A stretch of DNA of 64,000 nucleotides from Antedon mediterranea (GCF_964355755.1 NC_092673.1:6944001-7008000); one strand, 5' to 3'; counted from the first letter of the stretch, positions 35,990 through 52,800 are shown. Made by a program: numbers and translations. Notes: generated by a model from the sequence alone, not told the origin.

Positions 35990-38900
35990 CAGGTCGCTTA
36001 GGTCCTATTTTTGGCATAATTTGTGCACTTTGTGACAAAAGCACCAAACTGGCAGAAACCTTCTTTAGGACCTAACTAACAATTCTAGAAGGGGTGCCCA
36101 ACAATTCGAACAATTTAATAACGTCATTTTGACCACGCCATGTAAAAACATAAAACATATATAAATTACATAAATATATCAAGTTTGGTATCAAATTATA
36201 GCTTATGAACAATACCACTAACATAAGAAAAATATAATTTCACAATATAATGACGTCATCAAAGCCACATCCATTATATAATACATAACTTCGTGGGGAA
36301 AAATCAAATTAATATGGAAAGTTTGGTATTAAATTAAAGCTTATGACATGTACAAACCCACGGAACTATATAAATATGATTTGAACAATATAATGATGCC
36401 ATTACTTAAGCCACACCCATTATACAAAAATATTACATAACTTTATGAAAAATGAAACGGCAGTATGCGTAAAACTGAGCTAATGATTACGTAATCGTTG
36501 TTGAACGTATGATCAATTGCATAAATGCCATGCGACGTATAATAGGAATCTCACTAGCTAGTCCAGGCAACCTATGAAAAAAAGGGTATAACCCAAAACA
36601 AATTGCAATAGTTTTCAAACCTTTTTTACGGTAAGAACCGTGAAATTTTATTTTTACGGTATTTTGTATATAAAATTACAACGGAATTGTAAATTCCCGG
36701 TTTAAAATTTCGGTTCTGTTTTTTAACGTCGAAGCTGGTAATTATAACTAAAAAATTACGGATGTCTGTAATTTTACGTTCACCGTAATCAATGTTACTG
36801 TAAAAATAACGGTCCCAACCGTGAAATTTTATTTTTACGGTATTTTGTATATAAAATTACAACGGAATTGTAAATTCCCGGTTTAAAATCTCTGTTCTGT
36901 ATTTTTACGTCGAACCTGGTAATTTTAACAAAAAAATTGACGTAAATTTACATCAACAGTACCGTATACACATTTGTTACTAAAATCCTGTGTATTTCAA
37001 CGGTATTATGAACATACTAATACGATGAATACGTACATTTACTGTGCATCGCTGTAAAATGTCCTTCATTTTTAAAATCTACCAAAATCGGATTAGTGGA
37101 ACATATAATTTAGGGCTCATTTGAGGTCAAATATGTCACATTTGGTATTAAACACATATTTAGGTATAATTTATGACTGGTTTAAGAAATCAAATGACAT
37201 ACCATATCATAGCTATTTAAATTATCTATCTAATGATACCAAGCATGATATGTTTACATGCAGACATGGTATAGTTATTTGGTGAAAATTGTATTTTGTT
37301 TACAATTTTATCCAAAATTAAAATTTTTCAAGAATTATTTTTTGGTAAAAATATAAACATTTTTTAACTAAATTTTACCAATTTACAAAATCAAACTGAA
37401 ACACAATTTGTATAGTACGAAATTACATAAATATAAATAGAAACACTCAAAATCTGAGGTCAAATAGGTCAAATTTTTGTATTAATCACATTTTTTTTGT
37501 ATATATTATAACGTATGACTGGTATAACATATTTTATCAAAAGTAGTATCATATTTTAGCTATTTCAATTATCTATCTAATGATAGCCAACTTGATATTT
37601 TTACATGCAAACATGATATAATTTTTGGTTGAAAATTGTAATTTTTAAAAATTTGTATTCAAAAATAAAATTGTTCAATAATTATATTTTAGTAAAAATA
37701 TAACTTAATGACATATTTTATAAAACAAAGTTTTACAAATATTTTGCCTATAATATAGTTATGTAAAATTTACAATATCAAAACTGAAACGTAATTTGGC
37801 ACGTAATTACAGGCATTTAAATAGAAACACTCAAAATTAGAGCTCAAATAGGTCAAATTTGCTATTAATCACTTTTTTAGATATAACTTATGACTGATGT
37901 AACATATTTTATCAAATAAAGTATCATTTAATAACTATTCTAATTATCTATCTAATGATACCAAACATGATATGTTTACATGCAAATTGTAATTTTAAAA
38001 TTTTTTATCAAAAATTACAATTTTTCAAGAATATTTTAGTTAAAAAGGAACTTAATTAAATTTTTAAACACATTTTTACAAATGTTTTGTTAAATTTACA
38101 ATATCAAAACTGCAAAACGCAATTTGGTTAGGAATTACAGGAATTTAAATAGAAACTCTCAACAATGTTAGGTCAAATGGTACAATGGTCCAAACCAGGA
38201 TAAACTGCAATTTTTTTCTGTCAAAGTTTTCTCAATGGAATTTTCCACTCGGAATTGTCATCCAAATACCATAATCTTTGGAGCCACGCATACCTTTTCC
38301 CCAAATCCAAGATGTCATCCAAAATTCAAAATGACTGCCAACATTACATAAACTGTATTCATAATGGCTATGAAATGTTCTTTCCATACTTTTTGAAGTG
38401 GATATGCCATCCTCAGCATGTATCTTTTAATTTAAAATGTGAGTTCAAATCCAAGATGTCCTCCAAAATTCAAGATGGCCACCAACATTTTAAATAGCTG
38501 CTAAATTGCCTTTTATTTGACATTTAATTTTTTCTATTAAATTGCCTTTCTCAACTGTTTAGATGGTTATGTCATGCTCTGTCATGTCATCTTAAAATTA
38601 GCATGAGACTCAAAATCCAAAATGGCTGCCAAATTCCAAAATGGCCATATAAAAAAGCGACTAGCATTTCTAAATAAAGGTATCTATTTTTTTAGGTTTA
38701 TTGAAAACCGGAACCAACCCATTGAACATAAAAATCGAGAAATGTTGAAAATATTGAGAATTTGTAGTAGGGTCAGTCTAATCTTTTTTAAGAAACCTTG
38801 GTAACATGATAACTATTAGTATTATAACTAATTATTGATAAGCTTTAGTGAGACAAATCGTTCTTAAAAAATCTCGAAAACATGAGGGTCAACTAGCTAA

Positions 38901-39250
38901 CACAATGTTGATAATTGTTAGTTGGAGGTCTCTATTTCAATTCAAGATTTAACAAAAAAAAATACAGAGATCACCATTTAGAACATAATATTGTGTAGGG
39001 ATTTTACAATTCATCGCAGACAGATTAGATTTGCGTATTTTGGCATGATTTACGTATTTTGGCATGATTTGTGTATTTTGGCAAAGCATAGCGCCCTCAA
39101 TTTGCGTATTTTGGCATGAAATGTGTATTTTGGCAAAGCATAGCGCCCTCAATTGGCGTATTTTGGCATGAATTGCGTATTTTGGCAAAGCATAGCGCCC
39201 TCAATTTGCGTATTTTTGCAAAATTCTTGCGTATTTTGGCAGGGTACTCA
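35990..39250. repeat. Intergenic block of non-coding transposon-like DNA with internal tandem repeats
   Basis: About 180-bp duplication (36636/36817), three ~350-bp AT-rich units (about 37110-38180), repeated tccaagatg(g/t)c motifs (38300-38650) and a gcgtattttggca / aagcatagcgccctcaatt minisatellite (39031-39240). Termini not resolved. Confidence 0.5.
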
Positions 39251-40175
39251 CCAACCCCAATGAAAATAACCAGTATTTACGCATTGGTTAATCAAAAGTT
39301 AATTATAATTATATCAATAGCTTGCACTATAATTAGATAACGTAATGTAATTTTAATAAGCACTTAAATCTTAATTTAGCTTAACTTAGTTCTGAACATA
39401 ACAATTTGCCAAAAATACCTCTCACTAACAGGAACATTAGCGCGTGGTTTCTAATGATTTACGTTTCAACGGTGATGTTTCCTAAAGCCATCAAAAGTGA
39501 CCCCTACAATATTAATAATGAGTCCACGGTGTTTACATACAATGTTGATTTCTTACAAATTCTACTCTCCATGTAATTTCCGGTGGAATTGAAGTTTAAT
39601 TCAATAATTTGACCACTATACAATTACAAGCGTGTTGTTTCCAATAAGCAGTATAACAACTTGCACTTCTTATCAAATTAACTAAACACTTGTGCCAGTT
39701 TTAACTGCTATTCTGTGCTTTTTAATAACGTTTCCTACGTTTAAATAGAATATTAGGTTGTGCTCGTTTAGTAATACAAAACGATAGAAAGCTTAATTAA
39801 AATACTGGTAATAAATATAGTGGTGTATAATTAAAGTGCAATACACAACGCACGCAAATCACTTCTCACAATGATAGTGTTTAAATAATGAAACCGATGT
39901 GACGATAAAGACAATGCAGTTGATGACGATTTCAATTTAAATGATAAAGATGATTATGATGATGATATTAGAGATGGATATTGGTGATAATTAATAAATA
40001 ATAATTATGATGGCCTAATAATGAGTAAGAAGTTAGTCATATGCTTATTATGGGGGTTGTTTATTATCAAAACAAAAAAGATAATACGAATTATGTGAAG
40101 CGACTTTGGTCGAGCATAGTAAGTGGTTATATGTAAATGCAAATGTTTGCCAAATATTCTTGCAAGTAAATAACA

Positions 40176-40510
40176 TTATTATTATTATTATTATTATTTA
40201 TTGCCAAAAACCAGTTACAAACATACAAAAACACAGAAACTAAGGGAGTAGGCAGGAACCTAAAAGTGAACCTAATCACTATAACAAGAGTTCAGGTTCC
40301 GTACTCCCAAAGTAACAACAATGATATATAATAAACTATATCAAAATATTTAAATAACAAATAGACGAATCAACAGCGTCAATATAAAATAAAAGGATAA
40401 AATACATTATAGTCGATTCAACAAAGTCAATATAAAACATGTGATTTAAGTGAATTTAAAAATGTTGGAAAACTGTCTAAAATTTAAGAATTTTTAATCA
40501 TTTTGATTAG
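40176..40510 (-). mobile_element. Short CR1-group LINE 3' fragment
   Basis: Minus strand ..LDSFPTFLNSLKSHVLY*, a 3' UTR stem (ggaacct..aggttcc) and an (AAT)n tail. Absent upstream of paralog A. Confidence 0.55.
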
Positions 40511-40821
40511 GCTGTACATAATGAATCGTTCCTATAACGGCAATGATACAGCATCATTAACTTCAAATTAAACAAAACTGGGTTAAATTATATTTGTCCA
40601 AATCGATGTTATTAGTTACCTTTACGAGACAATGCTTGATATTGATCAATACATAAAACGAGTATGCAAACTGATACATAAAAAAGGGCATTGATGCCTG
40701 ATTTGACGTCTGAACATTTGATCAGGTGACTCAATCAATCGGCAAACAAGTGTAGGCCCACAGGAACAAATGCTGCTGCTCTCTTCCAGGATTTGGTAAA
40801 TCTGGACAATAACGTAGAAAA

Positions 40822-43800
40822 ATGAACAGATTTACTTGTCTCTCACGATTGTCTATGTTAAAACATACATTATTAAAATTGATTATTTTTATTCTTATTT
40901 GTACGTGTTTTTCAGGTAAGTTTATTCATATAGCTTTACATTTAATAAATTGTTTTAGTATCAATAATATGAGACAGTTTGTACGTTATTTGATACAAAT
41001 ATTGTATCAAAATAACCGGAATTATACTAGGATTATTATAATTATTAGGTATTACGCTATAAATGTGCCTAAAGGGAGCGAATGCACTCCCCAATACATT
41101 TTTCAGTATCAACATCTACTATCCATGGTTTTGATGTTATGTATTCGTCAGGCAAGTAGTATTTACCCTTTAAAGTGCGGTAAATACACAGAAATTACTC
41201 TGAATATATAAATAAATTACACTTGCTTACATGCACAATAACTTATTCTGAATATGTTTTCTTTTTTTCTCTCTCTCTCGAATGAATTAAATAGAGGACT
41301 TTATCCTAGTAACAGATAACGACGAAGATGTCATTTTCAAAGCGACTATACCAAAAGAGGTGTGTTTACAAAATCTTGAATTTTCTCCCATCGGTAATAT
41401 AAACACCGAGTGGGGTGTATCTGTCACGTATGACCCCATAGACGACCATGTGTATTGGACGGATATATCGGGTGATGAAGGCATATATCGATCATATCTG
41501 GACGGAACAAATATAGATCGAATTGTCACTGCTGACGGTGAGAATAGAAGTATATAAATACTAATATGCAGGTTTCCCTCCAATTAAAGACCACGTTTAT
41601 GGCCGTATTCACCATTCACACTTGGGAAATACTTATACATATTTATTAAGTGAAATCTAGGAAAATACCTCATAGGTGTGATTGGTAAATACGGCCGCTG
41701 GTTTCACAGGTCCAATCCTACCAAAACTCGGAACAGAAGTGGTCTTTAAATTACCTAAGTTTACAGGGATTGTCAGAGAAATGTGTATCTTTTTCCATAA
41801 AGAATGAGGGTAAATATATTCAGGTTGTACGCTAATGTAAATGTAATCAGGTTGCCTGGGTTTCAAGATTGTTCTACCTATACAGCTCAGATGCATTAAT
41901 TTTAAAAGTTTATTTTAAAGTGTTCGATAATTGAGGTTCATCCAAACCGTGGTCTTTGTTTTAATTACAGTGGTGGGAATGTTTAACTGGAGGAAGCAGC
42001 TATTAAATGATATAAGAAAGATTATCCGGGGCCGCATTTAATTGGAAAGAGATTATATTTGGTTTTAAATAATGTTCTCGTCTACCTTTATGTTCATTTT
42101 TTTTTATATGTCTAAGAATATTTGTTCTTCCATTACTTCACGGCAGTATAAAAACCTCCTCCTCACATCATTTTACTTTTATAACTTCCTCGTGTGGATA
42201 CATCTTCTACATATTCACGGAATGTCTTGATTGACTTCACCGGTACTCGTATCCATGTCGAACAGATATAAGGACCAAGATTGACGCTAATTGTCTAATG
42301 GATGTCCATCTTGAAAAATACCTGCACACAATAATACGAGGATGCTTCGCATTTTCCCTACTCCTACGATAATTGTTTTTAATAGCTGAAAACCAGTTAA
42401 ATAGAGTACAGAATCATAATGCCGATTTTCTTTAAAAAAATACTATTTTGATATAATTTAATATACCTTTATACAAATGTTTTGATTTGCGATAAATGGA
42501 ACATTCCAATCTCTGTTTTCCACAAGTGTCTATTCCCTCAGCCATCGTAAAGGTAAGTACACTCAGAAATTCGATCCCTTTTTTTGCCATCTGTGCTGCA
42601 GAGGTTAGATATAGGTCATTTATTCAAACGGATAATGAGCTAGCGTTTTCAGTCGCCGTCTATATTATGTGCAATCAACTTTATTATTGCAGTTACACAT
42701 CTACCTACACAACCACCCCTCCTCCCCTCAATGGCATGAGTTAGCGTTGTAAAGCAAGTATAGGATAGGCCTACAGTACGAAGGATCACATGCCCTAAAC
42801 GCAGAACAACTTTGGTATGTAGGAACCAACTTAAATATGAATTGGCTCTAAGAAACAATTGAAAACCATTTAGGTCTACTAATTAAGTTGAGTTACATAA
42901 TTATTTATTGACGATTAAAGCGAATTTACGTTTTGCCCCGAATAGAGGTGGTTTTCACAAATTGTTTTACATTATATAAACATATACAAATAAACTTTAT
43001 TACTGACAGTTTTTTTGTTTTTTTTTTTCATTTATTTGGCATCTCAATACATAACATTAAATAAACATCAATAATATATATAATCACCTTAAATATTAAA
43101 ATACATCAAAAAAGCAAATAAAAATGGCGGGATTAATGAAGTCTAACGATGCACGAGAAAACACATAAAGTTGTTTAAAGTAAAACAACTTAATTCCAAT
43201 GTGGTCCCTAAAAAGATAGTAATTATAATTTTAACAAAACAAACATTATAAGACGGCTTCTTAACGTTTTTATTAATTAATACTGTAATTACAAATAAAT
43301 AATATAAACGTCGTAGTGATGTATCGTTACATGTACTTTACTATTTCAATCGACTATGGTGACAGCGTCAACAAAGTATTAAATCGCACTGTTTTACTGT
43401 TTTAAGTGGTATATTATTTGTAAAACATGAAAACAATTAATATTTCGTTACTTAAATGGATAAAAATATGTTTAAAAATTGTTCCTCTTTGCACCCATCC
43501 TCTTCCACATTCCTCAACCCTAAGAAAGTTTTAGCGTACGACGCAAAAAAAATGGAAAGATATACTAGGAGTTTCAATCTAAGATTTGGAGGCATCCTAG
43601 AAAAGGGAGGAGAATATCAAATTTAATAGATAAGGAACTTGACTTAGCAGGCGTTACCATAGAAAACGCACAAAGAACGGGTAGGCCTAAAACCAGATTG
43701 CTAACAACAGTACCCAGACACATAATAGCGAAATTTCTATACAGGCCGCAAAGGTTCTCTATCCTATTAAAGGCTAAAAAAAAAAAGAAAAAAAGCTTTT

Positions 43801-46800
43801 ATGTCATGGAAGACCTACCCCTATCTGATGTGAAAAAAAAAACATCAACAGGCAAGCACCCGTCTTTTCGTAAAGGCACATTGTATATATGGAATGCCTT
43901 ATCGTGAGTAGTCCTAATGACGTAATCAGAATGTAATTTGAATAACTCTTCAAGTATTTATCGCGCATTGACACGTAGGCCTATATAATCGTATATTCTA
44001 TTTTTAGAAGGCATAGTAGACGTGTGCATAAACGAAAACCCTTGTTATATTGGACCATCATGGACCTGATTATTTGGCGGAGCAAAGAAGCAAAGAAGCA
44101 AAGAAATTGACTATTTATTTATTTATTTATAAGACTTATCTTGTATTGAACTTTCATATCATTTTCTTTATTCATATTTTTATTAATTTTGTATATTTAT
44201 TTATTAATTTTTTTATTTTTATTATTATTATTATAACATCGTTTTAAAATTTAAATGTCAGTAAAATCATGAAAATGATCACCTATAATTCGTCAAAGTG
44301 ACGATTTAGATTTATTAAAACTTTATTAAAGTATTATAACATCTCTCTTTAATATAGACATTCGCTCAATTTCACTGGACACGGTTAATCGAAAGATTTA
44401 CTATATCAGTAATGTGGAAGGATCACTTATGAGGGCAAACTTAGACGGCTCAAGTGGTGAAACAATTAAGGCGTCTATTGCAACACCAACGTCCCAGACC
44501 AGAGGTTTAGTCGTCAGTGTGGAACATGAGTAATTATTTACTGAAATATTTTATCTAAAGCACTCTCTACACTATAAAACTTTATGTGACAAAAACGTAT
44601 GATGTGCCCAAATAATTTGGTAGTGATATGCCCAAATATGGTAGTAATATGACACCATCATGTCCATATGTGGGCACATACACTTTGATAGTGTAGACAG
44701 AGATTTATCCAATATGTGATTTAATTCAAGCAGAATGAGTAGCCGAATGGTACATGTATCACATATGACGCTGTATTATAGGCAACATCGCCTGACGACC
44801 GTTGTAACCGTAGCGTGTATATGCGCCACATGACACATGTTATACTGTACTATACCATTTTTCTATTACTAAACATATATTACCATGTGGAGACAGTACA
44901 GCAGGGAATCAAGTGATAGGCTAAGCGATCTTTTTTTTCTTTGTACATAACACACAGTGGTAAGCAAATACATAACACTACAGTGATTGCATTGCTTTTG
45001 GGACGACGGGACATAAATCCGTTATTCCCGTGTATTGTACATACAGTGTACCTAAACTTGGGGAACTTATCAGAGAGAACATGGGATCGTCTCTTTCGAT
45101 CTTCTATTGTCGGTTTGCAGTTAAGCATGTATACGAATATAAACAATTTTACCTTTACTCCTCTTTTGTTATAATTAATCAAGAAAAGAATGATATATTT
45201 TATGTTTCTACTTTTTTTCCAGCCTGTGCTTTTATGGAAAAAGACAAAAAGTCATCCGTTTTCAGTTGTCTTCACCGGACAATGAATTACAGTACGCTAC
45301 AACAGACTGGGTTACTGCTGTCGCTGTCGATTTTACAGGTTTCATGTTTTTTTTTACTTGGAAAGGAAAGAGTATACAGTTAACTGAAATCAGCTAAATT
45401 TGAACACAAAACTATTGGGAATGTTTGACATTAAAGCTTGGTTCCCACTAGGACGCCGCGCAATGACGAAAGCTGCAACGCAGGCAAATTCAACAATAAC
45501 AAGGCCAACAGCCATAAGTCGCGTGTTAAAACGCATAGTGATACCGGACCGACTGACAGACCGACAGACCGACCGACCGACATAGTGAACTATAGAGTCG
45601 CGTCAACGCGACTAACAAGCGATGGATTACTTGAACTGTCGCTTGTGATTGATCAATTCACACTTGCGTTACGTCCTAGTGGGAACCAAGACATAACGTA
45701 GCTAACACACAGCGAAAGTGTTATTGGTCAATATGACAGTGTAAAATGTAATTATTGACTTTAAAACACGGTCAAAAAGATTTGCCAATTGTTTTATTAA
45801 TAATCAGATATGTTTTTTATTATCAGGATTATTCTTCAAGCAATTTTAAAAATAAAGAAAACTATATTTCTTGTTGGTTTTTCCAGATGGGTATTTTTAT
45901 TAGTCCCTTTCTTTTGGACACACCTATTCAGGGTACACCTCCATTAAGGAAATATTTCCAACAAAACATTTCCCAAAGCGGTCCACAATACTTATGATAT
46001 GAATTCATATCCGGATTTATCTTTCTTTTAAGCCGAAATGGTTTATTGGAGCGACAAAGGGCAAAGTCATATAATGATAGCGGCTCTGGATTTTACAAAT
46101 GTTCAACAATTTGTGAAGTTTCCACCATGTGGAGTAGCTCGAGATATAACTCTTTATGCAAATAGTGTCTATTGGATATGCAGAAATGACGGTCTTTATC
46201 GAGTCGATAAAGAAACGGGGAACAATATTGAGACACTCAGTGATACATTCGTTAATCCATTTGGAATGTTCATATCTGACGGTAAGCCATTATATTATTT
46301 TACGTAAAAAAAAACGATCATATATATATATCAGAGTTCTAGATTCACCAAGTACATTGTAACTAATCACAACATGTGCACAAATGTGTTGTTTTTACGA
46401 ATATTATGCCACAACTTAAACTAGACTAAAGGCCAATTTACATAGACTAGTGGTAACGTGTGTAACTGCTCACGATCGAGTGGTCATTACGAGAATTGGT
46501 CGATTATGAGAAGCGGTCCCGTTATAGAGAGGTGGTCTTTCATTTAAGAAATTTGATCACTGAGGGTAGTCGCGTACGATGGATAGTGGTCACTTTGGGA
46601 GGTAGTTTCTTACAAGATGGCCGCTTTTAGGAAGACGGTCTCTTACTAGAGGTGCATAGACTAAAAGCTAAGTAAAGAGATGCATTTGAACATATTTAAA
46701 CAAGGCCAACAGCCATAAGTGGCGTGCTAAAACGCATAGTGATTCCGGACCGACAGACAGACCGACAGACCGACCGACCGACATAGTGAACTATAGAGTC

Positions 46801-49800
46801 GCGTCCACGCGACTAATAAAAAGACTCTAAAAATAACCCTACATCTTCTGGCGATAGTAACTACATTCGCTTGTGAGACAATTGTCGTTACTATATTACC
46901 TTTCGACCGGGCTATGTTAGCCGATGTTGATTTTAACAAGAAATCTTAAGACTATATTAGGCAATAGTTGTTTGTGTTCCCTATTTTTCAATTGAATTTG
47001 TAGAAATTATATCTTTATTACCATCTAATCTGTCCCTACTCAAAACCTAAATTTGTTAGGTGCTTATCGTTATCATAATTGTCAAGAAGAAGGGCGAATA
47101 AACAACCGACACTCGCGAAATTGCCTAAACGTGAAGTATTGACAAGACTGAATTCGCTTAAAAATATGTATTTCGAGTATGTTACATTGGCATTGCATAT
47201 ATGATTAACATGGTCAAAAACAATTTTTCAATCCAACAGATCCATTGTGGGATACAATCGAGCTTATGTGTACAACAATTGCAGGTTAGACTTCTATTTT
47301 GATAAGCAAATATAATTGAAATATAAAGTAAATTATGTGATATCAGAAACTGTGTATATACAACATTAATGCTAAAGAAAATGCCTAATGAAACAAACTA
47401 ACTAATTTTTTAAACATCATTCTACTAACGAACTTCACAATATCTTTTTACTGTAGTAACAAGAGATGTAACCACTGACATAGCAACAGATGCAACAACG
47501 GACACAACAACATATGCAACAAAAGACATAACAACATATGCAACAACGGACACAACAACCGATGCAACAACGGAAACAACAACAGATGCAACAGCGGACA
47601 TAACAACAGATGCAACAACAGATGGAACAACAGATGCAACAACGGACATAACAACAGATGCAACAACAGATGGAACAACAGATGCAACAACGGACATAAC
47701 AACAGATGCAACAATGGACACAACAACGGATATAACAACAGAGGCAACAACGGACACAACTGCAGATGCAACAACGGACACAACAACAGATGCAACAACG
47801 GACATAACAACAGATGCAACAACAGATGCAACAACGGACATAACAACAGATGAAACAACGGACATAACAACAGATGCAACAACGGACAAAACAACGGACA
47901 TAACAACGGACATAACAACAGATGCAACAACGGACACAACAAAAGATGCAGAAACGGAAACAACAACAGACACAACAACTGATGCAACAACAGATGCAAC
48001 AACGGACACAACAACAGATGCAACAACGGACACAACATCCGATGCAATAACAGACACAACAACCGATGAAACAACGGACTTAACAACATATGCAACAACA
48101 GACACAACAGATGCAAAAACGGACAGAAAAACAGACACAACAACCGATGCCACAACGGACACAACAACAGATGCAACAACGGACATAACAGACAAAACAG
48201 CCGACGCAACAACAGCCACAACCACCGATGCAACAACGGACACAACAACAGATGCAACAATGGACATAACAACGGAAACAACAACGGACAAAACAATAGA
48301 TACAACAACGGACATAACAACATATGCAACAACGGACATAACAACATATGCAACAACGGACATAATTACAGATGCAACAACGGACACAACAACATATGCA
48401 ACGGACACAACCACATATGCAACAACGGACACAGCAACAGATGCAACAACGGACACAACAACATATGCCACGACGTACATAACAACATATGCAACAACGG
48501 ACATAACAACATATGCAACAACGGACATAACAACATATGCAAAAACGGACATAACAACATATGCAACAACAGACACAACAACAGACACAACAACAGATGC
48601 AACAACGGACACAACAACAGATGCAACAACGGACACAACAACAGATGCAACAACGGACATAGCAACTGATGAAACAACGGACATAGCAACATATGCAACA
48701 ACGGACATAACAACAGACACAACAACAGACACAACAACATATGCAACAACGGACATAACAACAGATGCAACGACGGACACAACAATAGATACAACAACCG
48801 ACACAACAACATATGCAACGACGGACACAACAATAGATACAACAACGGACATAACAACAAATGCAACAACAGATACAACAACCGATGCAACAACAAACAC
48901 AACAACAGATGCAACAACGGACATAACAACATATGCAACAACGGACAAAACAACAGATGCAACGACGGACACAACAACAGACACAACAACAGATGCAACA
49001 ACGGACATAACAACATATGCAACAACGGACACAACAACAGACACAACAACAGATGCAACAACGGACACAACAACAGACACAACAACAGATGCAACAACGG
49101 ACATAACAACATATGCAACAACGGACAAAACAACAGATGTAACAACGGACATAACAACAGACACAACAACAGATTCAACAACGGACATAACAACATATGC
49201 AACAACGGACACAACAACAGACACAACAACAGATGCAACAACGAACACAACAACAGACACAACAACAGATGCAACAACAACGGGCATAACAACAGATGCA
49301 ACAACGGACACAACAACAGATGCAACAACGGACATAGCAACATATGCAACAACGGACATAGCAACATATGCAACAACGGACATAACAACAGACACAACAA
49401 CGGACATAACAACATATGCAACGAGGGACATAACAACAGATGCAACGACGGACACAACAATAGATACAACAACGGACATAACAACAAATGCAACAACAGA
49501 TACAACAACAGATGCAACAACAGACATAACAACATATGCAACAACGGACATAACAACATATGCAACAACAGACACAACAACAGATGCAACAACGGACACA
49601 ACAACAGATGCAACAACGGACACAACAACAGATGCAACAACGGACATAGCAACATATGCAACAACGGACATAGCAACATATGCAACAACGGACATAACAA
49701 CAGACGCAACAACGGACACAACAACATATGCAACAACAGACACAACAACAGATGCAACAACGGACATAACAACATATGCAACAACGGACATAACAACAAA

Positions 49801-52800
49801 TGCAACAACAGATACAACAACCGATGCAACAACAAACACAACAGATGCAACAACCGACACAACAACATATGCAACAACGGACATAACAACATATGCAACA
49901 ACGGACATAACAACATATGCAACAACGGACATAACAACAAATGCAACGACGGACACAACAACCGATGCAACAACGGACACAACAACAGATGCAACAACGG
50001 ACATAGCAACATATGCAACAACGGTCATAACAACAGACACAACAACGGACATAACAACATATGCAACAACGGACATAACAACAGATGCAACAACGGACAT
50101 AACAACAGATGCAACGACGGACACAACAATAGATACAACAACGGACATAACAACAAATGCAACAACAGATACAACAACCGATGCAACAACAAACACAACA
50201 GATGCAACAACGGACATAACAACATATGCAACAACGGACATAACAAGAAATGCAACAACAGATACAACAACCGATGCAACAACAAACACAACATATGCAA
50301 CAACCGACACAACAACATATGCAACAACGGACATAACAACATATGCAACAACGGACATAACAACAAATGCAACGACGGACACAACAACCGATGCAACAAC
50401 GGACACAACAACAGATGCAACAACGGACATAACAACAGATGCAACAACGGACATAACAACAGATGCAACAACGGACACAACAACAGATGCAACAACGGAC
50501 ACAACAACATATGCAACAACGGACATAACAACAGATGCAACAACGGACACAACAACGGACACAACAACATATGCAACAACGGACATAACAACATATGCAA
50601 CAATGGACAAAACTACAGATGCAACAACCGACACAACAATAAACACGATCAATCAAGGTAAGCAGTCTGGATTTTACATTATCTTAATGCTCAAACCTAA
50701 TTACTCTACTGTAAATCTAAGTCACGTAATGAATTCATTTTACAGATTCAACAACAAAAAAACGAGGCTGTGTAGCAATTACAACAATTGGTAATGCATG
50801 TTTTATATGTAAATTAATAGGGTTGTTCGGGAAATTACAACCGCACAAATCATTCAAATCAAAGCCTTCATCATTTTATCTTCATCATCATTCTGATATT
50901 CATTCACTTGTATTTATTCGTCAATTTACACATTCGTTATTAAAGTATTTTACTTGTTTTTTTTTTGTATGTAGATATTATGTGTTTGTTTGTTTGTACG
51001 CACGTAAACCTCTACAATTTTAAAGTCATCGTCATGATTTTTGTGGCAAGTAATTATGTATATACCAATGCATCATTCCGGAAAATCGATATATTGGTGA
51101 CGTCACAAAAACTCTAGTTACCATTATATCGAAAATATTCTTTTTTCCAAACCAATAATTAGTAAAAACTAACCTTGACAGTTTCGCTGTCCTGATCGGA
51201 CAGCTTCTTCAGATATAATGACGATCTATCATCAAACAGACTGACCTCTAGAGGGCCTATTGTGTTTAATGACAGGGTCATACACGTGACTGAGTTGGTG
51301 GGTGCCCTCGTCTATGATTTGGTTTCCTCGTCTGCGGATCCAGATGGCTTCTCTGATGCGTCGTTTGTTTGTATCTGGTTCCCTGTCGATGATTTTAGGT
51401 TGTGCCCAGTCTATTATGTGATTTAGCTTGACGGCATGATCTGCTATAGCTGATTTGTTCAGTTCATTTTTTGATTCTCTATGTGATTGACGAGTGAAGT
51501 TCTTTCTCTGTTGGGTTATCTTTTCTGTTTCTTTTCTATGTTCTTTTAACCTTGTGCCAAAACAACGACCCGTTTCTCCAATGTAGGTGTGATCACAATT
51601 AGAACATGAGATTTCGTAGACGCAATTAGCCCCTTTCAATTTGTCAACTTGGTCTTTTGGGTGGACAAGTAGTTGTCGTAATGAAGTGTGGGGTTTCATA
51701 GCTGTGTTGATGCCAAACTCCTTAAACACTTTACTAACTCGCTCCGAAAGTCCTGCTACATACGGGACGACTACAAATCCTTTGCTTTCCATGGTGTTTT
51801 CTTGGGATAGCCACATCTGGAAAGGGCTGATGTTATATTGGCCTCTTCTGTATTACGATCTGCATCCATAGTGACAATGGAATTCATACGGTCAAATAGT
51901 GTTCTGATTATTCCCAGTTTTTGAGGTACAGGATGGTGAGAATCAAAATGTAGGTACTGGTCCGTATGTGTCGGTTTTCTATATACTAAAAGTTTGACAG
52001 ATCCATCTGGTTTTCTAATGATGAGAGAATCGAGGAAATGGATCTTGTTTTCATATACTTTCTCGTAGGTGAACTTTATGGTGCCAGCTGGGTCAGATGA
52101 ATTGAGATGTTGTGTGAGATTTTCAACTTGGTCTTGTTTTACAATTTCAAGAACGTCATCCACGTAGCGTTTCCATAACCGAGGTTTACATAAATAAAAA
52201 AGTAACATCCAAGAAGAAAGAAAACACCATGGAAAGCAAAGGATTTGTAGTCGTCCCGTATGTAGCAGGACTTTCGGAGCGAGTTAGTAAAGTGTTTAAG
52301 GAGTTTGGCATCAACACAGCTATGAAACCCCACACTTCATTACGACAACTACTTGTCCACCCAAAAGACCAAGTTGACAAATTGGAAGTGGCTAATTGCG
52401 TCTACGAAATCTCATGTTCTAATTGTGATCACACCTACATTGGAGAAACGGGTCGTTGTTTTGGCACAAGGTTAAAAGAACATAGAAAAGAAACGGAAAA
52501 GATAACCCAACAGAGAAAGAACTTCACTCGTCAATCACATAGAGAATCAAAAAATGAACTGAGCAAATCAGCTATAGCAGATCATGCCGTCAAGCTAAAT
52601 CACATAATAGACTGGACACAACCTAAAACCATCGACAGGGAACCAGATACAAACAACCGACGCATCAGAGAAGCCATCTGGATCCGCAGACGAGGAAACC
52701 AAATCATCAACAGAGACGAGAGCACCCACCAACTCAGTCACGTGTATGACCCTGTCATTAAACAGAATAGGCCCTCTAGAGGTCAGTCTGTTTGATGATG

